Assembly: GCF_006345805.1 (NCBI RefSeq)
Contig: NC_043003.1
Location: 11,532,001 to 11,596,000 of the forward strand
Length of the DNA: 64,000 nt
From: Octopus sinensis
Lineage: Eukaryota
Direction of reading: 5' to 3'
Each line of letters starts with the position of its first letter. The stretch's first letter is position 1. This document shows positions 38,488 through 51,399 of the stretch, in pieces. Made by a program: the position numbers and the translations under genes. The notes under the pieces are model-generated. The model was given only the letters and a program-made list of their open reading frames with translations, was not told the DNA's origin and made no database searches.

Positions 38488-38535
38488 AACCCATGCTAGC
38501 ATGGAAAACGGACGTTAAGCGATGATGATGATGAT
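38488..38535 (+). mobile_element. Minimal RTE 3' end (about 48 bp) facing away from the 37-38 kb LINE
   Basis: AACCCATGCTAGCATGGAAAACGGACGTTAAGCGATGATGATG is the reverse complement of 37087-37139 apart from two substitutions. Confidence 0.9.
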
Positions 38536-39520
38536 ATATGTGTGTGTGTGTGTGTGTGGTAAACATGTTCATCGCAGAAAGGGGGCTTGGTAAAATTCAG
38601 CTTTATGTATATAGAAACACACACACACACACACACATACTCATATACTAACTAATACATGCTGACCTGACATTTATGCACTTGTACACACTCATTACAT
38701 ATTCTGACATGCAAAGGACTTCCTCATAGTTTCCATTTACTAAATTCTCTCAAATTATTGGATGACATACTGGCATCGTGACTGTTGGTGTAAGCCAATG
38801 TGTCTATGCAGATATTCTGTATCGTCTTTGTTGTCATCATCATCATCATCATCATCACCATAATTGTCATCATCACCATCATCACCATGTCCATTTTTCC
38901 TTGCTTTCATGGGATGGGTTGGGGTTTTTTGTGTAGATTTTCTATAGCCGGATGCCTTTCCTGTTGCCAACCCCCAACTCCTTTCAAATAAGGTGAGATT
39001 TTGCAATGTCCAGGCATGTCCTTGTAGAATGTTGGAAATGAATGACACTGCTTTTATGACAGTGACATTCATTTATGATTATCACATGATATGAAGACAA
39101 GCAGGCACAGTGATAGAGAATCAGGCTCACAATCATGTGGTTGTGAGTTCAATTCCCAGAGCAGGCTGTGTGTTGTGTTCTTGAGCAAGACACTCTATTT
39201 CATGCTGCTCCACTCAGCTGTAGAAATGAGTTGCGATGTCACTGGTGCACACTTGTGTATACATCAAGCTTCTTTCAGTCTCCATCTCACGAATCCACCC
39301 ACAAACGCTTTGGTCCACTTCGGACTAACACTTTCTCCCCCAAAGTGCCATGCAGTGGGATTGAACCTGCACCCATGTGTCTGGCAAGCAAACTTCTTAA
39401 CCCTACAGCCACGTTTGTGGTGGGTGTGTGTCTGTATAATTATGAATCTGTAAAACCCTCTTCCACTATTTTGCTTCTATAATAAAGTCCCATTTCATTC
39501 TACTCCCGCGACCCTTACAG

Positions 39521-39605
39521 AATACCTTCTGGTCTGCCTTGCTGTGCTGCCCATCTTCTCATGAGGGTGATGTATGGTCCTGGACCAATAGGATTACCGC
39601 TTCAG
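39521..39605 (+). CDS. Candidate exon (coding status uncertain)
   Basis: Pyrimidine-rich acceptor ...CCTTACAG and consensus CAG|GTAAGT donor; open frames IPSGLPCCAAHLLMRVMYGPGPIGLPLQ or NTFWSALLCC...ITAS. Confidence 0.35.
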
Positions 39606-40217
39606 GTAAGTCATATTTTACATTCTGGACTTCATTCTTTATTTTTTTTTGGATTATTTTTATTATTAACATGAATGGACTACCATAACGTCGAAGAAGG
39701 TAAGAATCTTGTTGCACCTGCAACTCAGGTGTCACTAATAACCTTGATGTTGTTATTGTTGTTTGTTAGCCGTGAGGTAACTCTAAACGAACATTCCAAT
39801 CTTCTCTTGGGTATTATGTATTGTAGACAACATTTGACATTGTCCAAAGTGTCCCTCCTTTTCCCAGGTGACAGAGTGTTGGCCTGCTGTTTTTAGCAGG
39901 TCGTGGGACCATATACACAGTCACTCATTGTTATAAATCCAAACTCAAACATCAAAGTTTAAAAGGTTTTAATCTACTAAAAATACAGCAATATACAATA
40001 CAAACAAAAATTGCTAAATTGTAAGCAAAACCAAACTTCAAAGCAATAACATTTTTTATGCAGTGAGTTGCTACATTCTCGACTAACTAAAATCGATGCT
40101 GAACATGTCGTGCCGCAAACAAAACTCTGCACAATTTGAACTCAGAACTTAGCGGCAGACAGAATACCACTAAGCATTTCGCCCGACGTGCTAACAACTC
40201 TGCCAGCTCGCCGCCCC

Positions 40218-40281
<64 letters not shown>

Positions 40282-40870
40282 GGTGAGGTACAGGTTTAAG
40301 TATGTGATTATGTGTGTGTGTGTCTGTGTATATGTCTGACTGTACATACATATGCTTGTTTCACATGGATATCAGTAAATCAATCTCTGTGTGTGTATGT
40401 GTAACTCCATGCATCTATGTGCCTTTCGCTAATTGAACACATGTATATGTCTATGAATGAGTGTCAGAAAATGTAACCGATCTTGTGCGTAGAGAGGGGG
40501 GTGGGATAGATCGGAGGGGGGTGCATACAGGGAGAGAGAAAGAAAGAAAGAAAGAGGGGGGAGATTAAAGAAAGAAAGGGAGTGAGGAGACAATGCTGAG
40601 TCAGCCTGTCCAGTGCACTCTGTGTGTGTGTCTTTGAGAGCAGTAACTGCTAACAAGTTGAATTGCACACACACACAAGCACACACTCACAGGCACACAT
40701 GCGTGTACGTGCAAGTACAAGGTGCAGCTATGAAAGATGACTGACGTCGGTGAAGCGAAAGGAAAGTTTGACGTGTTTGAAGCAGTAACAACTGCAAATG
40801 AATCTCATCATAGCCACCATTTTGCATTGAGAATCGGAAGGCATTAACAAATTAACAAAGAAATGAACTA

Positions 40871-40909
<39 letters not shown>

Positions 40910-40916
40910 CATACGT

Positions 40917-41204
40917 GGAGGTGCAATGGCCCAGTGGTTAGGGCAGCGGACTCGCGGTCGTAGGATCGCGGTTTCGATTCCCAGACTGGGCGTTGTGAGT
41001 GTTTATTGAGCGGAAAAACCTAAAAGCTCCACGAGGCTCCAGCAGGGGGTGGTGGTGATCCCTGCTGTACTCTTTCACCACTCTTTCTCCCACTCTTTCT
41101 TCTGTTGGCCAGCGGGGTGGCGTCGTTCGAAGGCTAAAACAATGCGAACGCATTGTGACCAGCGATGTGTAACAACATCTGATGGTCTGGTCGTGATCAC
41201 GTGA
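40917..41204 (+). mobile_element. Young tRNA-derived SINE (tRNA-Arg-like head), single copy in the window
   Basis: A box TGGCCCAGTGG, B box GTTTCGATTCC, many retained CpGs; inserted in (TA)n/(TACA)n. Confidence 0.85.
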
Positions 41205-42293
41205 TATATACATACATACACATATATACACACACACATATATGATTCGTATTATGCAAAAAAACAAGATAGAGACAGGTGAGGGAACAACAAATGTGTT
41301 TCTGTGTATATGTATATATAAAAGTGTATGTATACATATATAAAATGTATGTATATATATAAAAGTGCATGTATGCATAAAGATAGAAAATGTACGTTTG
41401 TGTGTGTGTATATATCTCTTTACTCCTTTACTTGTGTCAGTCATTTGACTGTGGCCACGCTGGAGCACCGTCTTTAGTCAATCAAATCGACCCCGAGACT
41501 TATTCTTTGTAAGCATAGTACTTATTCTATTAGTGTCTTTTGCCGAACCGCTAAGTTATGGGGACGAAAACACACCAGCATCGGTTGTCATGGGATGTTG
41601 GGGGGACAAATACAGACACATTAAAAAAACACACACACACACATATATACATATGTATACGACGGGTTTCTTTCAGTTTCCGTCTAACAAATCCACTCAC
41701 AAAGCTTTGGTCGGCCTGAGGCTATAGTAGAAGAGGTGCCAGTCAGTGGGAATGAACTTGGGACCATATGGTTGGTAAGCAAGCAACTTACCACACAGCC
41801 ACTCCTGCTCCTAAATATATAGACAATTATATGGAAAAAACAGTTGTGAGGGCATAGCACAAGCAGTGTATTGATAAGATGGTCATATAAATGTATGTAT
41901 ACATAAATATATAATATATATATATATATATGTATGTATCATCATGTAATACCTGCTTGCCATGTTGGCATGAGTGTGTCTGTGTATATATATATATATA
42001 CTTGCACAATCCCATATACACACACATACACAGTTTCCTTTATCAACAGCTGTCTATCCATACACAACACCAGACATTTCTACCATTTTGTCCACTCATC
42101 AATCTTACAATATTACATTCATATTATGATGTAAGCTTTAAGAAACCGTGTGAGCTGCTTGACGTTGCAATAATAGGAGAGAATTGTCAATGGAAACAAG
42201 TCACTCCACTGTTTTCAGTGAAGGCAAGAAATGGAAGTTGAGTCATTCATGCTCTTTCCAAGGATGGTCATTAGGGCTTCCCTCGTCTCTCTC

Positions 42294-42326
<33 letters not shown>

Positions 42327-42341
42327 GTATGTATGTATGTA

Positions 42342-42409
<68 letters not shown>

Positions 42410-43319
42410 TCAGTCAATTGACTGTGGCCATGCTGGAGCACCACATTTATTCAAACAATTTGATCCCAGAACTTATTCTTTGCGAGCCTAGCACTTATTC
42501 TATCGGTCTCTTCTGCCAAACCGCTAAGTTACGGGGCACGTAAACACACCAGCATCAGTGTACCCTCACCATCAAGCGATGGTGAGGGTACACACACATA
42601 TACAACGGGCTTCTTTCAGTTTCCGTCTACCAAATCCACTCAGAAGGCTTTGATCAGCCCGAGCAAGTGTCTTCTACTATAGCCCTTGTGAGTGAATGAA
42701 CCTGGTAGATGGCAAATGTGTGGAAATCTGTTGTTCACATGTGTTTGTTTGTGTCTTGTCTCCACTGACAACTTGACAACCAGTGCTGGTTTGTTTACAT
42801 CCCTGTAACTTAGCGTTTTGGCCAAAGTGTCTGAAAAAAACATGTAGGAAACTTTAAAAAAACAATTACTGCTGTCTATTTGTTTTACCTTCAAAGTGGT
42901 GCCCCAGCATGACCACAGTTCACAGTGACTGAAACAAGCACCAAAGAAAGAAAGATTCTGATATATGTTCCACCCTAATTTCTTCGACCATCCACTTCGT
43001 TCCACTTGCTCGCAGAACAAATAGAATAATCGCTGCAATTTGCATTTGAGGCTATTTCATTTTAGTTTTGTCTGTTTTTTCCTTCTTTCCCTTCAAACTT
43101 CATTGGATCTTCAACATGAATGCTTCATTTCTTTTGCCTATAAAACTTGTTTTAAATGTTCATTATATCCAGTTTTATATACTTTGTAGCCATTTATTTA
43201 TTTTATATTATTATTTTTTTTATTATAGCTACTTTACAAACTTCTTAAAAAAAACACTATTCTTTTGTGGTTTTTGTTTTTATGTCTCATGGTTTTTGTG
43301 TTTAAATTATTTTTGGATG

Positions 43320-43433
43320 TGTATGTGTGTATATATTTGTACGTATGTGTACACGTCTGTGTGTGTGTATATGTGTGTTTGTGTATGCATGTATATATAT
43401 ATGTGTGTGTGTGTGTATATATAAATGTGTGTG

Positions 43434-43466
<33 letters not shown>

Positions 43467-43476
43467 TTGTGTGTGC

Positions 43477-43530
<54 letters not shown>

Positions 43531-43545
43531 ATATATATGTGTTTG

Positions 43546-43598
<53 letters not shown>

Positions 43599-43610
43599 GT
43601 GTGTGTGTGT
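43320..43610. repeat. Compound (TG)n/(TA)n microsatellite
   Basis: Direct inspection. Confidence 0.95.
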
Positions 43611-46263
43611 TATGGTTTATTTTGGTATTGTTTTTATTGTCTCTGTTAGGTTTTTAAAATTCTAATGTTTCTTTGTTTAATCTTTTATAAAATGTCTGGC
43701 CGAAAATATTCCACTTTCTATATTTCTATAGCTGAATTATTAAAAATATATAAAATCTTTGATACAAATTCAAAATAACAAAAAGAAAAGAAAAGACAAG
43801 TTTTTTTTTTTCTTCAATTTCATTTTCCACCTTTGTAGACAAATTAGATTATGGATGAAGTGTTATTGTGTGTTATTTGATGGCATAAAAACCAAACGGA
43901 CATATAAGATGCACCCTAATTTCAGCAGAGCATGTACGTGCAAGGCGAAAAAATTTTTAGTGCAGTATAGCTTATGGGTGGCCAGACTTCAGATATAGAA
44001 ACCAAGGAGATTTCTTTTGATTTCCTGTAGTGAAAAAACTGTGTCTTGTATTCCATCAGGCATGGTAATTTCTATGAAAAGAATGTTATAAACAGTATCT
44101 GAATTTCTGATTACATCAGCTAGTGTTAATGAATTGTGGGTATAGTTGTACTTGTTGGATAACCTTAGTGATCTCTGCTTGAAGACATTCATGACATACA
44201 AGTGGCATCATGAATGAATCAATTTCCAGCCATAGAAGTCTGTTCAAGGAATATAAGATCTGAAATATTGTGGCCTTATTGAGAGGCCATGTCATGTTTT
44301 GCTGAGTGAAGATAATTTGCCTGTCTTTGTGTAAACAAGCTGAAATACCAAATAGGATATTTCCTTCAATAGCTTGATGACCTTTTGGTATTATTATTAA
44401 TTCCACAAAGGTCTAATCATTATCTTCTTTGTTATATTGGATGGCGTTATGAAGTGGATGTCAAAGTCAGTGAAACCTAGACAAAATCTCCTCCTCCTAG
44501 CCTGAACCCTAACCCTCATCATCATCATCATCATCATCATCATTTAACATCCCTTTTCATGTTGCCATGGATTGGATGATTCAACAGGAGCTGTCGAGCC
44601 AAAGGGCTGCACCAAACTCCCTACTGCTGAAGATGTTAACTTCACTGTTTGACATGGTCTCGATAACTGAATGCCCTAATGCCAACCACTTTGCAGAGTG
44701 TACTGGGTGCTTTTTATGTGGCACCAGCACTAGTGAGGTCACCAGGTAACTTGCAAAGCTAGACCCTCTCAGCTGAGGAGGCTGTCCTGCTGAGGGAGGT
44801 GGCTTTATACCAGGTGATGAGAAGCTAAAAGTATGAAGTAGAGGAACAGGTGTCTTGTATGGTTATGAGGTGACAGAATCATTAGCATGCCAGGTGAAAT
44901 GCTTAGTGACAGTTTGTCTGTCTTTGCTTTCTGAGTTCAAATTCTACCAGGGTCGACTTTGCCTTTCATCCTTTCATGGTCAATAAGTTAAGTACCAGGG
45001 TCAATGTAATCAACTTACCACTCCTCCCAAAATATTTGGCTTTGTCCCAAAATTTGAAACCAATATTTGGTTTTGGTGTTTTGTTTTGAATTCAGATTTT
45101 GTCTCTGACATGGTCCTTGAACTGGGGCTGTATTATTTTAGTTAAGGGTTCATTTAGAAAGGATTATAATAGCCTGACGGATTATTGGATTGCTAACTCA
45201 ATGTGTGTGACTACATAATCCCATGAAGTCACTTTCTTTCACAGAGCTCAATTTACTTACAGATTTATTCCTATCCTATCTCAGTGATGGTCTGCATGTG
45301 CACAAAATCTAGGACTACTTTATCTAACATGTCCTACCTTTATTTCAAGATGGTGTAGTGTGTTTATAGGAATATCTGGCTGGTATTTCTAGCAGGTTGA
45401 GTGAGCACATAGCGATTCTCTTGTCAGCTTTATGTGGTGAAGTACATACATGGGAGAATTCTTTGTTTTAAGAAAATGGTAAAAAAATAATGGTGTGCCT
45501 GTGTTTGTCCCTCACCACTGTTTGGTGGTGGTTTGTTTACATCCCCATAATGTCTGTCTATATGTGTGTATGTATGTATGTATGTATGATGGTATAATTT
45601 TTTACTTTTGCTATCAATGAATTAAATAAAAGCTGGCCTGACTAAATCACTTTTGAAATATCCTCACTGACCTTCACTGAACATTTGGTATTTGACCCCT
45701 TTTATAACCCATAGATTTTTAGGTAATGGTTTTGGTGTTGGGAGCTGGTTTGTTGCTCCTTGTGATGATTCTAAACAGAGTCTGAACAAAGCCAGAACAG
45801 AGAGACAAAATGTCTGCTTGAAAAGACAGATTTCTGCAATAAATTTTCCCCAGTCTGATAAGAGCTTCCTGTTATCAGAGCAGTAGAGTAGTACCCAGTA
45901 GTTGTAAAACGGGTAGGGGTGAGAGCCAAGGGCAGCAGCTGGGTGGAGGTGCAGACAGAGGAAGGGGAGGGAGGTGGGGGAGAAGGAATCCATGGAAAGA
46001 GATATGCTATTTGGATGGAGGTGAAAGAGTTAGCTGGTGAGGGCAGTAGTAAATGTCTGGAGTGAGGTCAGCTGAATAGGGGGCAGGGGGGGGGCTGTTT
46101 TTGATCCAAGAACAAAGTGTGATCAAAAACATTTTATAGAGAGCACTGTGATGTTTTATGTGAAGTCTATCATTTTATCTTTATTATTTGTTTGGCCATG
46201 CTGGGGCACACTGCCTTGGTGGCTTTTAGTCAGACAGATCAACCTGCGCGCGCGCGCGTGCGC

Positions 46264-46303
<40 letters not shown>

Positions 46304-47079
46304 TGTGAAGATGCAGAAATGACAACTCTAATCCCCCCACCCCTCTCTCTCTCTCTCTCTCTCTCTCCTACTTACTCTATGGTCTCTTTGCTGAACCACT
46401 AAATTACTGGAACATAAACAAACCAGCACTTGTTAAGCAGTGATGAGAAACAAACACACACACACACACACACATGACAGGCTTCCAAACAGTTTCCTTC
46501 TACCAATTTCACTCCTCAGGGCTATATAGTAGAAGATACTTAATTAGACTGAGCCCCTAACCATTGGCTACAAAGTGAGCTTCTCAACGACATAACCAAT
46601 CATTTGTTTTGTCTTATACCCCACTTTGATTTCTGAATTTTTTTTTTTTTAAATGAAAAAGAACCAAAAGAGTGCACCTTTCCATGACCAAAGTATTTAG
46701 CTTATATTCAAAAAAAGTTTTAATTAAATTTTCTCTTGTTACACACTGTGTACTTTAGTTTTATTTTCTTTCAGAGCAGCTTCATAGTTGTTGGTTGTTT
46801 ATATTTCAGTCAAAAAATTGCATACAGGATGTAAAACTTGTATTTCTGGCTGTGATGTTTACGTGAACATCATTGGCCTCTAGGGTGGTGCGCTACTGCT
46901 ATGATTTTGTTGTCATCTACTCACTGCAAATGGCTGATAGGTGAATGGAAGTTTGTAAACACAAACATTCCTCTTTATAGGAGAATTTTTCATTTAGATA
47001 ATTAAAAAAAATGTTTCTTAATCATTTTGTTACTATGCTTCTGTTGGCACACACTGTCTTTGTTTCAATTTATTTTGAA

Positions 47080-47435
47080 AGAAATTTGCTGGTGTCAGGT
47101 AAAAAGCACCTGTGCTGGTATCACCTCAAAAGTACCTGCATTGGTGTCATGTAAAAAGTGCCTGTGCTTGTGCCACATAAAAAGCACCTGCACTCTGGTG
47201 CCACATATAAAGTGCCTGTGCAGGTGCCACGTAAAATGCACTCATGCAGGTGTCATGTGAAAAGCTCCCAGTACACTCTGTTAAGTGGTTGGTGATAGGG
47301 AGAGCATCCAGCTATAGAAACCATGCCATATCAGACAAAGTGTGCATAGTGCAGTTCTCTGGCTTGCCAGCTCCTGGCAAACCATCCAACCCATGCCAGC
47401 ATGGAAAACAGATGTTAAATGATGATGATGATGTG
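47080..47435 (+). mobile_element. Old RTE 3' UTR fragment with short (about 30-bp) units
   Basis: Repeated GGTGCCACATAAAA(A)GCACC-like units plus tail. Similar copies lie at 61500-61860 (+), 57177-57410 (-), 44516-44760 (-) and 960-1115 (+). Confidence 0.75.
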
Positions 47436-49153
47436 GAATTTGTGCTCATCTGACTCTCTAGCCTACAACACTGAGTCTCCCATCTGTAATACGACCACAT
47501 TAGATGTAGGGCAGTTTTTTGATATGTTGAAAGATGGGTAAAAGTGTCTTATTTTGACAGCAAATATGGTATTGTTTATCTGATTTTTATCATTGGTCAA
47601 AACCTTCCCAATTATTCAGTCCATATTTCCTAAAATAATAATGGTGTTTTTTTTTTATTTTTGATCCTTTCATTAGGCTTTTGGTCCAGGTTTACATTTA
47701 ATGTAGAGATGAAATGCTGCGATGCTCTTTTCATTTTACTTTAAAACTGAGTTGTAGATCTAATAGTACTCACAGAATCCTAACCTTTACTGTCTATAGC
47801 CTAACAACAATGTTAGACTTACAATGGTGATGATGATGATGATGATGATGATGATAATAACCATGGCAGTAATTGTTTTAATGAAGCACAAGGAATTCTC
47901 TCTCCCCCCCTCTCTCTCTCTCCTGCTTTTGTAAACAGGAAGGGGTTATAGTTGATTGATAGCTTCAATAATACTGCTACCAGCATCATCTTGGTTGTAA
48001 AAATGAGAGAGGTGGTGATGGTGGTTGTGGTGGTGGTGGGTCTGTGATGGTGATAGTGACAGTATATTTAATTTTATTTTATATTTTAATTGCATGTACA
48101 TTTTTTTTCCTCTCTCATTGTCAGTTGTTGGTCTCCTTTTAACTGTTCGACCTTATTGCAGAAGAGTACACTCACTATCACTCAGGTTGCACCCCCAACT
48201 CCTTCACACTGTTGGTGTGTGTGTGTGTGTGTGCGCGCGCGCACATGTGTACATATGTCTGTATGTGTATGTATTTATGTACGTATGTATGTATGAATGA
48301 ATGTGGCAATTGGAGAGCCATTGGGATTTCTTGTTATTTGCTTTCTTGGTGTCTTTTTCAGAAATGACAAATCTAATTCTCCTTCTCTCTCTCCTCTCTC
48401 TCTCCTTCTCTCCACCCTGTCCCCTATTTCACCAACTGTCAGCTTGGTGACATATAGGCAAAGGGATGCTGAGTAAGTTGAATATGACATGATTCCCTCT
48501 TTCCCCCCCTTTCTTTCTCCTCTTTCTTCATTCACTAATTTTATTTAATTAAGTTAATTTCAATGTTTGTGAGTGACTGTGTGTGTGTGCGTGTGTGAAT
48601 TACAACCTCATTTTCCCCCTCTCCATGATTTCTGGAAAGAAGGTTTCCTCCAGCCATTTGTGATAGTAAAACCTCTGTGTGTGTGTGTGTGTGTGTGACT
48701 GTTGTTGCCCTCAATCAATCTGCAAATATGTTGCTGTATTTTTGCTGAGTATTTACCATTTGCAAAGACCATGACACACTATACACACATCTGTGTGCCA
48801 TGCACCTATACATGTACCTGTGTAACTACACACACACACATACACTTCCTTGCTTTGGCTGTCCATCAGATTCATAAAGACAATGACGAGAGATTGTGTA
48901 GAGTTTACTCTCTGGGCCTTTCTGCATGTTATTCAGGAACATGTTAATTCTGCAAGAGCTCTCTACGAACCAGTCTTGGGCATATTTTTCCTTATGAATA
49001 TCCAAGGGTGTCAGCTGCATCGTAATAGTTATCATCATCACCATCTTCCTCCTCGTCTTCATCATCATCATCATCATGTGTTCCGCTTTCCATGTTGGCA
49101 AGGGTTGAATGCTTTCAAAGCAACTGGGGGGAGCCAGAGGAGTGTTCCAAGCT

Positions 49154-49745
49154 TTAAACCCTTCTGTTACCGTATTTATTTTGAGATGCTCTGTGTTTGT
49201 TTCTATTAATTTTAAATATAGCAAAAAATTTAGTAAAACAATTTCGTTATCATTAAGTTAGTGTTAGGAACATAAATTGTGACTAAGGTTTGGTGGAAGA
49301 TTTTAATTCAAAACTTATGAAAACAAGACATTTGTACTACAGAACCAGAGCCAGTTTCAGCTGGGTTGGTATCAAAAGGGTTAAGAATTGTTTCTCTATT
49401 ATATATTTTAACCCTTTCATTACTGTATTTATTTTAAGATGCTTTTTGTTTCTTTCAATTAACAAAACATTTAGTAAAATAACTTAGTTATCATTCAGCT
49501 AGTGTTAGGAACATATATTGTGACTAAGGTTTAGTGGAAGATTAAGACATTTGTACTACAGAGCCAGAGGCAGTTTCAGCTGGGTTGGTATCAAAAGGGT
49601 TAAGAATTGTTTCTCTTTTGTATATATTTTAACCCCTTTGTTACCATATTTCTTGTTGAGATATTCTGTGTTTCTTTCAATTAATTTAAATATAACAAAG
49701 AATTTAGTGAAATAACTTATAGTTATCATTAAGCTAGTATAGGAG
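49154..49745. mobile_element. Tandem array (2.5 copies) of the same piggyBac-type MITE
   Basis: Copies at 49159-49380, 49412-49599 and 49633 to about 49745, with the same spacer as at 30.8 kb. Confidence 0.85.
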
Positions 49746-49799
49746 GTGAATATAAGAGAAGTGGCCATGGATAGGTCGGTAAGTTCATTGAAATGCAAT

Positions 49800-50150
49800 T
49801 CCTGCCAGCTTTTGAGGTGATGAATGTTTCTGAAACTTTCAGTTTGATACTAAAGAGGGATGGAAATCCTTTAAAATATCAGAATTGTTGAGCTGACAGC
49901 AGTCGTGCTTCTTGATATGTAGTGTTTATTGAGTGAGGCATTTGCAGTTTGAGTTCTCTTTATTACATGGGTGAACTGGAAGGACTTCTTTGAGTTGCAT
50001 CTTCCTGACCTTGATCTAGTCAGTTTGATGTCAGGGCTTAGATCTGGGATGCATCCATGAGCAGAAATGATATTATTGGACACAGTTGCCTGAACACTGG
50101 CAGTCTGGAATGGCAAACAATTCACTGGCTACAAAAGCCCAACCTAAGTG
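49800..50150 (+). mobile_element. Possible Tigger-like transposase fossil
   Basis: Fragments FQFDTKEGWKSFK (cf. FxASxGWxxxFK) and LYYMGELEGL (cf. NxDETGL) with stops. The resemblance is weak. Confidence 0.3.
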
Positions 50151-50789
50151 AACACTTGATTTGGGCTGGTTTATCAAGTTGGTAGAATCAAGCAGTGTCC
50201 CCTTGACAAAGGTCTGAATGACAAAGAATCCATGTGCACACACACACACGCACGCACACACACGCATGCACATGTAGGTATCTTTAGTCAATGAATAATG
50301 GTATCTTCAGATCAAAGACAGTACTCTACCTTTCAGGGCAGACTTTGTAATGTTAGCTTGATGTGTGTGTGTGTGTGTATGTGTACACATGTGTATACAT
50401 ATATGTCTATGTAACAATATCTGTATGGAAAACACATTAACCATTGAAAAACACAAACACACAATGACTTCACTTTGCTTAAAATTTCTAATTATTTGGT
50501 GTTAAAATTTTCGTTGCATCCATTATGACCTGGTCACTGACACGGTTCCACTGCTGCAACAGACGGACTTCTTGAGGCAGACTTTGGAATAGAGAGAGAG
50601 AGAGCATGTCGTTGATGAGGTTGCTAATGCTGATGAAAAGTCTTTGACAAACCATGGCTGATTGATCGATTGACTGAACGATTAATCAAACAATCAATTA
50701 ATTGATTAAATGGTTTTAACCAATTGACTAATTTTAATTAAAAAGTGAAATAGAAGCAGTGGAAGATGACTCTCCCGAGATACAGACCA

Positions 50790-51060
50790 TCATCATAACC
50801 ACAAGTCTGTTCTCCATGCTAGCATGGGTTGGAAGGGTTGACATGTGCTGACCAGCTGAAGAGCTGCCCAGGGGTTCCATGTCTGTTTTGGTATGGTTTC
50901 TGTGGCTAGACATCCTTCCTGATGCCATCTACTTAACAGAGTGTTATGGGTGCTTTTTACATGGCATCGCAAGAAGTCTTGGTCACTTGTCATCCCCTCT
51001 ATAAGGCCCAATGTCGGAAGATCCTTTTTCACTACTTCATCCCACGTTTTCCTGTTTTTC
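50790..51060 (-). mobile_element. Internally deleted RTE fragment (last ORF2 codons joined to the 3' tail)
   Basis: The minus strand reads RKTWDEVVKKDLPTLGLIEGMTSDQD, matching RKTWDEVVKHDLRALGLTEAMARDRD of the 38-kb copy, and is followed by a decayed tail. Confidence 0.8.
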
Positions 51061-51399
51061 TGGGTCTAACCCTTCAAACAAACACACAGACACACACACA
51101 CACAATGAACTTGCCCTTCGGAGACGACATATGAGCGTTCAGCTTTGGCCAAACGATCTCCACAAATGATTTGTTTTATGGTGAACAAATGCTCGTGCCG
51201 CACATAAGCTCACTCTCTCCATCAAATCGACATCATTTGTATTGGTGCACCGTGTGCCATGCGTCAAGTGCCAAAGTGATTGCAGAGCAGCGTGAGATGA
51301 AGTGACTTGCTCAAGAATACAATGCATCACTCGGTCTAGGAGTTGAAATCATGTGTGCAGCTGCCTAACCATTAAGCCATCCACCTAGCCCCTATACTG

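Noticed and set aside
40917-40995. tRNA gene
   Set aside because: The cloverleaf is incomplete and continues into a SINE body; the same applies to all other tRNA-like heads.
44000-44420. Possible LINE or transposase remnant (ORFs 43989-44201 and 44116-44406)
   Set aside because: Only vague motif resemblance; cannot be classified by eye.
50530-50581. Possible minus-strand exon LPQEVRLLQQWNRVSDQ
   Set aside because: The acceptor tract is a (CT)n microsatellite and the donor is weak; it is not phase-linked to a supported model.
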